DNA of 64,000 bases from Candidatus Caccoplasma merdipullorum (lineage in GTDB: Bacteria > Bacteroidota > Bacteroidia > Bacteroidales > G3-4614), in contig JADIMW010000015.1 of NCBI GenBank assembly GCA_017694415.1, forward strand, positions 3,638-67,637, read 5' to 3'. A program made the position numbers and the translations under genes. The notes beneath the pieces were generated by a model. That model was not told where the DNA came from. It did no database searches and saw only the letters and a list, made by a program, of their open reading frames with translations. This document shows, piece by piece, positions 9,778-18,784 of this stretch (positions within the stretch are counted from its first letter, which is position 1; the number at the start of each line of letters is the position of its first letter).

Positions 9778-10137
9778 ATGATAACCTCTTGTACATGTTC
9801 CGCCGAGATAAAGGTCTTTTTAAATCATTTGTACGAATACAAAAAAGGAGTCCGAAACATGGTATTGTACACTATGCCGAAAAAATATCAGGATTTTGTC
9901 GAGAAAAGGCTGACGAAGCAGAATATAGATTTTTGCATACAGTACGTAAACGCCGACAAGATAAATCTGTTTTTCGGGCGACCGGAATGTATAACAGCCA
10001 TACGGCATATGACAATACGTCCGTTGAACGAGCTTACACCCGAAGAAGACTTCATATTGGGCGCGATGTTGGGATATGACATATGCGGACAATGCCGCCG
10101 TTACTGCGAACGACGCAGATTGCGCGAAGCAGTATAA
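9778..10137 (+). CDS. DUF2023 family protein
   Basis: 119 aa with blocks VFLNHLYEYKKGVRNMVLYT and LTPEEDFILGAMLGYDICGQCRRY. Sits directly downstream of flavodoxin, as I recall is usual for DUF2023 in Bacteroidales. Confidence 0.75.
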   Translation: MITSCTCSAEIKVFLNHLYEYKKGVRNMVLYTMPKKYQDFVEKRLTKQNIDFCIQYVNADKINLFFGRPECITAIRHMTIRPLNELTPEEDFILGAMLGYDICGQCRRYCERRRLREAV

Positions 10138-10169
10138 GCCAGACCGATACTATTGTGTTGTTTAATATA

Positions 10170-10177
10170 TACTTTTG
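10170..10177 (+). promoter_or_regulatory. -7 box TACTTTTG (exact TAnnTTTG) for the candidate sRNA/leader
   Basis: Exact consensus octamer in the intergenic region. No good -33 TTTG at the canonical spacing. Confidence 0.4.
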
Positions 10178-10184
10178 TTTTTTT

Positions 10185-10347
10185 TGATGGGAGGTGAAGT
10201 CGCCGGCCAACAGGTGAACTCCTTAAAGCTCTGAATATATCTATACGGACAGAATAATATCCACTTACGTAAAATTGGCCATGACTTCCCTTTGAAAGGA
10301 GAGAGACCCCGATGCGATTATCGACAGTCTCTCTCTCTTTTGTTTTT
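10185..10347 (+). ncRNA. candidate ~160-nt structured sRNA or cis-leader ending in an intrinsic terminator
   Basis: Long-range closing helices GAAGTC (10196-10201)/GACTTC (10283-10288) and GGCCAA (10205-10210)/TTGGCC (10275-10280). Terminator stem GAGAGAGAC (10299-10307)/GTCTCTCTC (10327-10335) followed by TCTTTTGTTTTT. Confidence 0.4.
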
Positions 10348-10518
10348 ATTGTAATTTTATGTTTTTCTTATAACGGTTAAGGTATTATATTAGCAATCGG
10401 ATTATTATGCGCAAGGCGGACAATATTGCGTAAATGTATCGTGAACATATTTATATGGTCGGACATTTAAACCAAATACCGGCATAATAGTCCAAATATT
10501 AACTTAAGGTTTATAGAC

Positions 10519-11604
10519 ATGAAAAATACGATAAGCATAATATGCGCGTTGTTTACGCTCTTTACCGCCTTTTCGCAGCGGTACGTTCCGGAAGACGACA
10601 TATACTATTCTCCGAGCGACAAGGACGAGATAGTGGAGAAGATGCGCAAGGAGAGAGCCGAAGAGGTGCGGACATACACGGTTACCGAAACGCCGGTAAC
10701 GGAAACCAAAGTAACCGAATCCCCCGTAACGGAAGCGCCGAGCAATGATTTCGACGTCGATGCGTATAACCGCAGGTATTCAACAACCACGTACGATACC
10801 GCGACATATTCGGCAGGTGATACGATAGCATCCTATTCGTCAGAAATAAAGCAGGGTATGGAAGTCGTTCGTCAAAGCGATGATATAGGCGACATAAACT
10901 ATTCCGAACTGATACGGCGTTTCCATAACCCCGAAACAGGGACATATATCCTCGATTCGGAATATAATACGCTCTATCTGATAGACGATTATGACAGTTA
11001 TTATCCGTCGTCCACGAACGTATATATAACAGGTTCGTCATGGTACGATCCGTTCTATACGCCGTGGGGGTGGACATACGGATACAACAACTGGTGGGGT
11101 TGGAACACGTATTGGTATCCCACGTGGGGTTGGAACATGTCGTGGTATTGGAATCCATATTATCCGTACTACCCGTATTATCCGCCGTACCCGCCGCATT
11201 ACCGTCCGCCGCGGCCGCATCCTGCTCCGTCATATCCGTCATATCGTCCCGCAGGTAATTACGGAGGCAGATATACCCCGGGCAGTTCGGTGGGAACGGG
11301 AGGCCGTACCGACGGTGCTACGCGATACGAATATACGCGTCCGTCCAACGGTATCTCCACAGGCATATATTCCGGAAATCGTACCACAACCGGAACACGC
11401 TCTTACGGAGGACGTACATCATCCGGCGGTTCAAACCGCAACAGTTCGGTATCCGGAGGCTCGTATGTACGGCCGAGCTATACGCCCCAGAACAACACAT
11501 ACCGCCAGACCTCACCGTCAGTGGGAGGCGGAGGCGGAATCCGCAGCAGTGCACCAGTAGGGACGCGCGGAGGAAGCAATATCGGCGGCAGGGGCAGCAG
11601 ATAG
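10519..11604 (+). CDS. secreted low-complexity protein with YXWGXW (WxxGxW) repeats
   Basis: Signal peptide MKNTISIICALFTLFTAFSQ. VTE(T/S)P repeats. The aromatic block WYDPFYTPWGWTYGYNNWWGWNTYWYPTWGWNMSWYWNPYYPYYPYYPPYPP is followed by a G/S/R/T-rich tail. Confidence 0.7.
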   Translation: MKNTISIICALFTLFTAFSQRYVPEDDIYYSPSDKDEIVEKMRKERAEEVRTYTVTETPVTETKVTESPVTEAPSNDFDVDAYNRRYSTTTYDTATYSAGDTIASYSSEIKQGMEVVRQSDDIGDINYSELIRRFHNPETGTYILDSEYNTLYLIDDYDSYYPSSTNVYITGSSWYDPFYTPWGWTYGYNNWWGWNTYWYPTWGWNMSWYWNPYYPYYPYYPPYPPHYRPPRPHPAPSYPSYRPAGNYGGRYTPGSSVGTGGRTDGATRYEYTRPSNGISTGIYSGNRTTTGTRSYGGRTSSGGSNRNSSVSGGSYVRPSYTPQNNTYRQTSPSVGGGGGIRSSAPVGTRGGSNIGGRGSR

Positions 11605-11703
11605 CGAATTACGAGACAAAAGACGATAAAATAATTGAAACATCATGTAGCAAGGCGTCGGAAAAAGTCTGACGCCTTACGATAAATACAGATTCCCGAA
11701 AAG

Positions 11704-13299
11704 ATGAAAAAAACAGCAATGGCGGCAGCATGTATTATGCTTGCAATATCGGCGACGGCGCAAAATGCATTGGATGCCTATAACATATCTTTCAACCAGA
11801 TAAAAGGGTCGTCGCGATATGTCGCGATGGGCGGGGCGTTTTGCGCATTGGGAGGCGATATATCGTCGCTTTCGCAAAACCCTGCCGGAATAGGCGTATA
11901 TCGCAGTTCCGAGTTTACCCTCACAATGGGAGGACAGTGGAACCACAATGCCTCGAAAGGTGCCGCGACCGCGACGAACAGCGTATTTACTTTCGACAAT
12001 ACAGGCATAGTTGGAACATTCTTTACCGGCAAGCACAAAGGATTGCTGAGTTTCAACATCGGATTGACATATAACCGTCCCGTATCGTACAACCGCACGT
12101 TCCGCGGGGCAAACCTTAAACTCGGTTCTTCCTTTACCAATTACCTCGAATGTGTAACGAGAGGAATCCCGTCCACCGATTTGGCCGTTACAAAAGAATT
12201 CGATGCTTATTACCAGTCTGCCGCCCCGTGGGTGTCGATATTGGGATACCAGTCCTATTTAATCTCTCCCGTCTCTGACGGAGCATCGACATACTACGGC
12301 CTCTTCGACCCTTCGAAAAGCATAGGAAGTTCGATTAATACGATATACGAAGACGGGCGTAACGACGAATACACAATCAATTTCGGGGGAAACGTAAACG
12401 ACCGTATATACTTCGGTGCGGCATTGTCCATACGCGATTTAAGTGTTACACGTACAGTATTGTATCAAGAATCGCTGCTCGGTACGACCGGGTATTATGA
12501 CGACGGGAATATCGCAGGAGACATAACGGGTTCGGATTTCGACTATTCCACATATTACAATATGCGAGGAACTGGCATTAGTGGAAAATTCGGGATAATA
12601 GCACGTGCTGCCGATTTTCTCCGACTCGGATTCGCCATACATACCCCCGTATATTACAATATTACGCAGACGATGGATGCATCGGTGTATTTTCAAAATA
12701 CGCTCTCTTCGAACGTAAGGGTAAGTTCATCCCAGACGGTGCCGCAGATAGTGTCCAACAGGATAAAGATACAGACTCCGTGGAGCTTTCAGGCAGGTGC
12801 CGCATACATAATAGGGAAGAAGGGAATACTTAGCGCCGAGTACCAGTACGTAGCATACAACCGTATGAAGATGAAGGAGAACAACGGCGACCCGTTCCCG
12901 ATAGAAAACGAATTCTACAAAACGCAGTTCAGAGCTGGAAACAATATAAAGGTGGGGTTGGAATATCGTGTTACTAACGCTTTGAGTTTAAGGGCGGGGT
13001 ACGCAATACAACTGTCGCCGGTAAAGGCCGATTTGAAGAATGTCAATGTCGAAGTCCCCATATCCGGAATGCAGACAACCTACATGTTGCCCGGCAACGC
13101 ATCGTATTACAGTTGCGGCATAGGGTACAGATTCTCAGCATTCAATGTGGATTTGGCATACCAGCACTATTATCAGAAGTCCGACATGTTCGCATTCTCC
13201 CCGTTGTTCTACAATGACGGAACGACGCTGATTCCCGGCTCGTCCGAAATAAAGAGCAAGCAGAATGCGATAACCGTTACATTGGGCGTAAGGTTCTGA
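11704..13299 (+). CDS. FadL/TodX-like outer-membrane beta-barrel protein
   Basis: Signal peptide MKKTAMAAACIMLAISATAQ, N-terminal motif SRYVAMGGAFCALGGDISSLSQNPAG, alternating beta-strand pattern, C-terminal ...TVTLGVRF (terminal Phe). Confidence 0.7.
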   Translation: MKKTAMAAACIMLAISATAQNALDAYNISFNQIKGSSRYVAMGGAFCALGGDISSLSQNPAGIGVYRSSEFTLTMGGQWNHNASKGAATATNSVFTFDNTGIVGTFFTGKHKGLLSFNIGLTYNRPVSYNRTFRGANLKLGSSFTNYLECVTRGIPSTDLAVTKEFDAYYQSAAPWVSILGYQSYLISPVSDGASTYYGLFDPSKSIGSSINTIYEDGRNDEYTINFGGNVNDRIYFGAALSIRDLSVTRTVLYQESLLGTTGYYDDGNIAGDITGSDFDYSTYYNMRGTGISGKFGIIARAADFLRLGFAIHTPVYYNITQTMDASVYFQNTLSSNVRVSSSQTVPQIVSNRIKIQTPWSFQAGAAYIIGKKGILSAEYQYVAYNRMKMKENNGDPFPIENEFYKTQFRAGNNIKVGLEYRVTNALSLRAGYAIQLSPVKADLKNVNVEVPISGMQTTYMLPGNASYYSCGIGYRFSAFNVDLAYQHYYQKSDMFAFSPLFYNDGTTLIPGSSEIKSKQNAITVTLGVRF

Positions 13300-13357
13300 C
13301 GGGATACGGAAAAAAGAATGCGGCGCAAGCAACAGCCGCCGTGTAACATATAATTAA

Positions 13358-13389
13358 AGCGGCTTCCTGTTTTTTGGCGGGAAGCCGCT
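13358..13389. terminator. hairpin between convergent genes (better context for the minus-strand helicase)
   Basis: AGCGGCTTCC (13358-13367) / GGAAGCCGCT (13380-13389). On the minus strand it is followed by TTTAATTAT. Confidence 0.5.
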
Positions 13390-13428
13390 ATTAATTGGTG
13401 CCTGTAAAAATGCCGTATAACTGCGGCG

Positions 13429-14706
13429 TTAATTTTGAGAAGTCGGTTTCGGTTCGTTTCCGGTGCTGTTACGCCTTCTGTTTCTCTTACTTCTGTCTTT
13501 GCTCCTGTTTCCGGGGCGTCTGTTGTGAAATCTTTTTTTCTTTTCTCCTGTGGACGGCCTGTATTCCGGTGCATCGCCCAACCCTTCGGGAACAGGGAGC
13601 TTTTCAATCTCCTTGTCGAGGAACTTTTCTATTCGATAAAACTTGCCCTGTTCCTTTTCCGATACAAATGTAATAGCTTCCCCCTCGGCATTGGCTCTTG
13701 CCGTACGCCCTATGCGGTGAATGTAATCTTCAGGGTCGTGCGGAATGTCGAAATTTATTACAAGACCTATATCGGTAATATCTATCCCTCTTGCAACAAT
13801 ATCGGTCGCCACGAGAATATCTATCTTCCCGTTCTTAAAATCGAGCATTACGCTGTCGCGTTCCGACTGTTCCAAATCGGAGTGCATGGGACGGACGTTG
13901 TATTTCATCCGTTTGAGTTTGTACGCCAGTTCCTTTACCCTCTGTTTTGATGACGAAAATATTATGGTCTTGGACTTTATGGGAGTGGAGAATATATGTT
14001 CTATCAGTCCCATTTTCTGAGGCTCATAGCAGATATATGCCATTTGCCTTATTGCATCGTTAGGCTTAGATATGGCCACGTTTATCTCCTGCGGATTGTT
14101 CAAGATGCTTTTAGCGAGTTGTCTTATCTTTGCAGGCATCGTGGCCGAAAAGAGCAGCGTCTGACGTTTTGCAGGCAGTGAGCCGGCAATCTTCATTATA
14201 TCGTCATAAAATCCCATGTCCAGCATCCTGTCAGCTTCATCCAGAATCAGATATTTTACGCCCGACAACGAAATGTTGCTGTTCTGCAAATGCGAAATCA
14301 TCCTCCCCGGTGTGGCTATTACAATATCCGCACCTTTAATGAAAGCTCTTTTCTGCTGGTCCCATTGAGCACCGTCTCCGCCGCCCGAAACCGATAACGT
14401 GGATATGGGAAGGAAATACGAAAACCCCTCCAGCTGCATGTCTATTTGTCCCGCAAGTTCCCTCGTCGGGGCTATAATTATGGCTCTTACGGTATTGCCC
14501 GGATTCTTGTCTCTCGTAAGCAGGTTAAGCAGCGGCAGGATGTAGGCCGCCGTTTTCCCCGTACCGGTCTGTGCGCAGGCGATAATATCGCGCCCCTTCA
14601 ATACGGCAGGTATGGTAAGTTCCTGTATGGGGGTGGTCTCCCTGAAATTCATCGCATCCAACCCCTCGAGAACTTCAGGCTCCAAATCCAATTCGTCAAA
14701 TCTCAT
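13429..14706 (-). CDS. DEAD-box ATP-dependent RNA helicase with basic C-terminal tail
   Basis: Q-motif region FRETTPIQ, AQTGTGKT, DEAD, SAT, HRIGRTAR. R/K-rich C-terminus. Confidence 0.95.
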   Translation of the reverse strand: MRFDELDLEPEVLEGLDAMNFRETTPIQELTIPAVLKGRDIIACAQTGTGKTAAYILPLLNLLTRDKNPGNTVRAIIIAPTRELAGQIDMQLEGFSYFLPISTLSVSGGGDGAQWDQQKRAFIKGADIVIATPGRMISHLQNSNISLSGVKYLILDEADRMLDMGFYDDIMKIAGSLPAKRQTLLFSATMPAKIRQLAKSILNNPQEINVAISKPNDAIRQMAYICYEPQKMGLIEHIFSTPIKSKTIIFSSSKQRVKELAYKLKRMKYNVRPMHSDLEQSERDSVMLDFKNGKIDILVATDIVARGIDITDIGLVINFDIPHDPEDYIHRIGRTARANAEGEAITFVSEKEQGKFYRIEKFLDKEIEKLPVPEGLGDAPEYRPSTGEKKKRFHNRRPGNRSKDRSKRNRRRNSTGNEPKPTSQN

Positions 14707-14720
14707 AATCCGATTAAAAC

Positions 14721-14739
14721 GCCTCTTTTCACAAGAGGC
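14721..14739 (-). promoter_or_regulatory. hairpin in the short 5' UTR of the DEAD-box helicase
   Basis: The transcript reads GCCUCUU-GUGAA-AAGAGGC followed by GUUUUAAUCGGAUU-AUG. Confidence 0.45.
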
Positions 14740-14751
14740 TCAATTCGGCCG

Positions 14752-14759
14752 CAAAGGTA
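14752..14759 (-). promoter_or_regulatory. -7 box TACCTTTG for the helicase gene
   Basis: Exact TAnnTTTG on the minus strand, about 45 nt upstream of the ATG at 14706. Confidence 0.45.
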
Positions 14760-14974
14760 CTTAAAAAAAGGTTAATATTAAAACCTGCAAAAGAGATAAT
14801 ACGGTTAATTCTCAATCGCTAAACCATATTCACTCCGCGAAGGTGCGAAACAACCGTCCCGATTCCCCAGCATACGGAAATGCCACGGCAAAAAATAGAG
14901 GCAATCCTCCGGAGTATCCATTCGCTCTCCCTGTAAATGAAAAAAATAAGTTGCAATATACGGCGATAAAATAT

Positions 14975-14982
14975 TAACTTTG
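14975..14982 (+). promoter_or_regulatory. -7 box TAACTTTG for metF
   Basis: Exact TAnnTTTG, 34 nt upstream of the metF ATG. Confidence 0.45.
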
Positions 14983-15015
14983 TGATGCGATAACAAAGCG
15001 GTATATACTACATAC

Positions 15016-15966
15016 ATGAAAGTAATAGAGCATATAAAAAACAGCAAGAGCACGGCATTCTCGTTCGAGGTGCTTCCTCCGCTGAAAGGCAACAGCATAG
15101 CATCGGTTTATGCAACAATAGACAAATTGAGGGAGTTCGATCCCAAATACATAAACATAACTACGCATCGAAGCGAGTACGTATATAAGGATACCGACGA
15201 CGGGTTGTTCAAACGTGTCATAACGCGCAACCGCCCCGGGACAGTTGCGATAGCCGCAGCGATACAGAGCCGATACGGTATAACAGCCGTACCGCATATA
15301 ATATGTAGCGGATTCTCGAAATACGAGATAGAGTATTCCCTTATCGACCTTAATTTCCTCGGCATATACGACTTGCTGATATTGCGCGGCGACAAGGCTA
15401 AGCACGAACAGTATTTCACACCGTTGCCCGACGGATATTCCCATGCGATAGAGTTGCAGCAGCAGGTAAACCTGTTCAATCAGGGGTATTTCCTCGACGG
15501 CAGCAAGACAACCATAACAACACCGTTTTCATACGGAGTGGCAGGGTATCCCGAAAAACACGACGAAGCTCCGAATATGGAACAGGATATGATGCGGCTC
15601 AAGGCGAAAGTCGATGCCGGAGCGGAATATGTCGTTACGCAGATGTTCTTCGACAATGCAAAATATTTCGCATTTGTAGATAAATGCAGGGAAGCCGGAA
15701 TAACCGTTCCGATAATACCCGGAATAAAACCGATAAACCTCGTGAACCAGCTTACCGTACTGCCTAAGGTATTTCATGTGGATTTACCCGAAGCGTTGGC
15801 CGTAGAACTCGGCAAATGCAAGGACAACAAGCAAGCGGTTGAAGTAGGCGTAGAGTGGGGGACAATGCAGGCGCGCGAGCTAAAGGCGCAAGGCGTCCCG
15901 AGCATACACTTCTATTCCATGATGGCTACCGACAGCGTATATCGAATAGCAAAGGCCGTATATTGA
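15016..15966 (+). CDS. metF: 5,10-methylenetetrahydrofolate reductase
   Basis: 316 aa. FSFEVLPP..., family-typical blocks GYPEKH, VTQMFFD and IPGIKP. Confidence 0.92.
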   Translation: MKVIEHIKNSKSTAFSFEVLPPLKGNSIASVYATIDKLREFDPKYINITTHRSEYVYKDTDDGLFKRVITRNRPGTVAIAAAIQSRYGITAVPHIICSGFSKYEIEYSLIDLNFLGIYDLLILRGDKAKHEQYFTPLPDGYSHAIELQQQVNLFNQGYFLDGSKTTITTPFSYGVAGYPEKHDEAPNMEQDMMRLKAKVDAGAEYVVTQMFFDNAKYFAFVDKCREAGITVPIIPGIKPINLVNQLTVLPKVFHVDLPEALAVELGKCKDNKQAVEVGVEWGTMQARELKAQGVPSIHFYSMMATDSVYRIAKAVY

Positions 15967-15974
15967 ACAGGCAG

Positions 15975-17108
15975 ATGTTTTTCAGAGATATAATAGGGCA
16001 CGAAGAGATAAAAAGGCAACTTGTCCGCACCGTAAAGGAAGGCAGAGTGCCGCAGGCATGGCTGTTTTGCGGAGCGTCGGGAGTAGGCAAGTTGGGCATG
16101 GCGATAGCCTATGCCCGTTATCTGAACTGCACCTCGCGCGGCGAAGACGATGCGTGCGGAGTATGTCCGTCATGCCGTCAGATGACGAATATGATGCACC
16201 CCGACGTACACTATTCATATCCCGTATATAAATCGGACAAACGACGTAGCGGCTGTTCCGACGATTATATCGCCGAGTGGCGCGATGCCCTCTCCCAAAC
16301 ACCTTACCTGTCGCGCGAAAAATGGACAGAAGCCATAAACAGCGGCAATTCGCAGTTATATATATATGCCGACGAAGCAGGCGCGATAATACGGAAACTC
16401 AGTTATAAAAGTTTCGAGTCGGAATACAAGATACTGATAATGTGGTCTCCCGAGTCGATGCGGACGGAGTGTGCCAACAGCCTCCTTAAGTTGATAGAAG
16501 AACCCTACGACAAGACCGTCTTTATATTGGTTTCCGACAATCCCGAAAGAGTGCTGCCTACGATACTCTCCCGAACCCGCATACTGCCGTTCAAGACAGT
16601 GTCCGACGAACTGCTTTCCGCCCGGCTTCAGCAACGCTTCTCGCTCGAGGCAGAAGATGCCGCGGAAGTTGCCCGTATCTCCAACGGCAGTTACCGCAAA
16701 GCCGTGGAGGTCATGCAGCAGACCGAAGAGAATGAAAAGTTTTTCAATCTGTTTGTGTCGATGATGCGCAATGCATACGCCCGTCGCATAAAAGAGATGA
16801 AGGCTTGGAGCGACGAAGTCGGCTCACTCGGGCGCGAAGCCGAAAAACGCTTCCTGCAATATTCCCAGCGCATGTTGCGCGAGAATTACATATACAACAC
16901 CCGCGTATCGGCACTTACCTATATGACGCGCAGGGAAAGGGACTTTTCGGTGCGTTTCTCCCCTTTCATAAACGAAAAAAACGTAATAGAGATTATGGAG
17001 GCGTTAAGTTGCGCCGAGCGCGACATATCGCAAAATGCAAACGGAAAGATTGTCTTTTTCGACCTGTCGATAAAGATGATACTCCTTATAAAACGGGCGA
17101 CGGCATGA
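15975..17108 (+). CDS. holB: DNA polymerase III delta-prime subunit (clamp-loader AAA+)
   Basis: IIGHEEIKRQLVRTVKEGRVPQAWLFCGASGVGK (Walker A), zinc module CGVCPSCRQ, SRT(R) sensor motif ILSRTR. Start at ATG 15975 just after the metF stop. Confidence 0.85.
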   Translation: MFFRDIIGHEEIKRQLVRTVKEGRVPQAWLFCGASGVGKLGMAIAYARYLNCTSRGEDDACGVCPSCRQMTNMMHPDVHYSYPVYKSDKRRSGCSDDYIAEWRDALSQTPYLSREKWTEAINSGNSQLYIYADEAGAIIRKLSYKSFESEYKILIMWSPESMRTECANSLLKLIEEPYDKTVFILVSDNPERVLPTILSRTRILPFKTVSDELLSARLQQRFSLEAEDAAEVARISNGSYRKAVEVMQQTEENEKFFNLFVSMMRNAYARRIKEMKAWSDEVGSLGREAEKRFLQYSQRMLRENYIYNTRVSALTYMTRRERDFSVRFSPFINEKNVIEIMEALSCAERDISQNANGKIVFFDLSIKMILLIKRATA

Positions 17109-17202
17109 TAAGATTGTCGGGCGGTAAGTCAGGGAACAATGAGAGATTCTCATTTTGCGCTCCCCCTCCTTACAAGATAAATCGCAGAAAAAGTATATGA
17201 AG

Positions 17203-17245
17203 AACGGCATACATTCCTGTTAAAAAGAACGTATGCCGTTTTTAT
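17203..17245. terminator. terminator hairpin between convergent holB and the sulfhydrylase gene
   Basis: AACGGCATAC (17203-17212) / GTATGCCGTT (17231-17240) followed by TTTATTT. Confidence 0.6.
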
Positions 17246-17261
17246 TTATACGGTTTATTAC

Positions 17262-18548
17262 TTATACCAGAGCCAAAGCCTGTTCAATATCGGCTATAAT
17301 ATCGTCGATATGCTCCGTCCCTATGCTCAGGCGTATTGTGGAGGGGAGTATTCCCTGTTCCTTCAGTTCCGCATCCGATAACTGGCTGTGGGTAGTACTT
17401 GCCGGGTGTATGGCGAGGCTTTTCATATCCGCGACATTTGCCAGCAGAGAAAAAAGTTTCAGCCCGTCGATAAACCTCTTCGCCTCATCGCTACCCCCTT
17501 TTATGTCGAATGTAAATATCGAACCGCCGCCATTCGGAAAATACCTTTTGTACAACTCATTATCGCGGCGGTACGACATGGACGGATGGTTTACCTGCGC
17601 CACCTTTGGATGGACGGACAGGAATTCCACGACTTTCATCGTATTGAAAACATGACGCTCAACACGCAGCGACAGAGTTTCGCATCCTTGCAGCAGGACA
17701 AATGCGTTCACAGGGGATATGGCTGCACCTGTATCGCGCAGCAGAGTAGCACGTATCCTCGTAATATATGCGGCATTCCCTGCAATATCGGCGAATACCG
17801 CCCCGTGATACCCCGCATCGGGTTTGTTTATCTGCGGAAACTTGTCGTTCCCTTTCCAGTCGAATTTTCCGCCGTCCACAATTATCCCGCCGAGAGCTGT
17901 GCCGTGTCCGCCTATGAATTTTGTGGCGGAATGTACGACAATATCCGCACCTAATGAAACAGGTCTCAGCAGAAACGGAGTGGCGAAAGTATTATCGACG
18001 ATAAGCGGTATAGAGTGCCGGTGAGCTATCGAAGCAACTTTGCCTATATCTATTATGTTGCAGTTGGGATTTCCCATACTCTCTATGAATATAAGTCTGG
18101 TATTTTCCTTTATGGCCGCTTCGAAGTTTTCAGTATCGTCGGGATTTACGAAAGTAGTTTCGATACCGTACTGTACAAGCGTGTTGGCAAGCAGATTGTA
18201 ACTCCCGCCATACAATGTTTTTGCAGCTACGATATGGTTGCCCGAACGGGTTATGTTTGTTATCGCATAAAATATGGCGGCAGCTCCGCTTGCTACGGCA
18301 AGGGCATCAACACCCCCCTCGAGAGCAGCAATTCTCTTTTCAAGAACGGTTTGCGTGGGGTTGGAAAGCCGGCTGTACAGGTAGCCGGGCTCATTGAGGG
18401 CAAAACGCGAGGCCGCTTCGTTGCAATCGTTGAAAACATACGATGTAGTAAGATATAAGGGAACGGCTCTTGCACCAGTAGCAACGTCGGGCGATTCCTG
18501 TCCGGCGTGCAGTTGCAAAGTCTCGAAATGCAGGTTTTTCTTTTCCAT
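17262..18548 (-). CDS. metY: O-acetylhomoserine aminocarboxypropyltransferase / sulfhydrylase (PLP-dependent)
   Basis: 428 aa. FETLQLHAGQ, YSRLSNPTQ, PLP-lysine region HSATKFIGGHG. Confidence 0.9.
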   Translation of the reverse strand: MEKKNLHFETLQLHAGQESPDVATGARAVPLYLTTSYVFNDCNEAASRFALNEPGYLYSRLSNPTQTVLEKRIAALEGGVDALAVASGAAAIFYAITNITRSGNHIVAAKTLYGGSYNLLANTLVQYGIETTFVNPDDTENFEAAIKENTRLIFIESMGNPNCNIIDIGKVASIAHRHSIPLIVDNTFATPFLLRPVSLGADIVVHSATKFIGGHGTALGGIIVDGGKFDWKGNDKFPQINKPDAGYHGAVFADIAGNAAYITRIRATLLRDTGAAISPVNAFVLLQGCETLSLRVERHVFNTMKVVEFLSVHPKVAQVNHPSMSYRRDNELYKRYFPNGGGSIFTFDIKGGSDEAKRFIDGLKLFSLLANVADMKSLAIHPASTTHSQLSDAELKEQGILPSTIRLSIGTEHIDDIIADIEQALALV

Positions 18549-18583
18549 GACAAATATGAATTAGCATAACTAAAATTTCAGCA

Positions 18584-18591
18584 CAAAACTA
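18584..18591 (-). promoter_or_regulatory. -7 box TAGTTTTG for metY
   Basis: Exact TAnnTTTG on the minus strand, about 36 nt upstream of the ATG at 18548. Confidence 0.4.
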
Positions 18592-18710
18592 ATACGAATA
18601 AGATATACCGTGCAACAACATATATTATAAGAAGCCATAATAATTTCCAAATCCATATTATACGGCAATGAAAAATATGCAACATATACGTTTTGCATTA
18701 AAATTTTTAC

Positions 18711-18718
18711 TAACTTCG
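18711..18718 (+). promoter_or_regulatory. possible -7 box (TAACTTCG) for the tmRNA precursor
   Basis: Near-consensus box about 65 nt upstream of the mature 5' end. Confidence 0.3.
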
Positions 18719-18784
18719 CAATCCGAAGCAGGAACAATCCGCAGCGGCGGAGCGTTTACATGCGGAAAGCATACAGGCAATATC

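Noticed and set aside
14760-15015. SAM or other riboswitch upstream of metF (and upstream of metY, 18549-18784)
   Set aside because: I found no SAM-I, SAM-II or SAM/SAH consensus elements. The predicted leaders are short (about 30-40 nt) given the -7 boxes.
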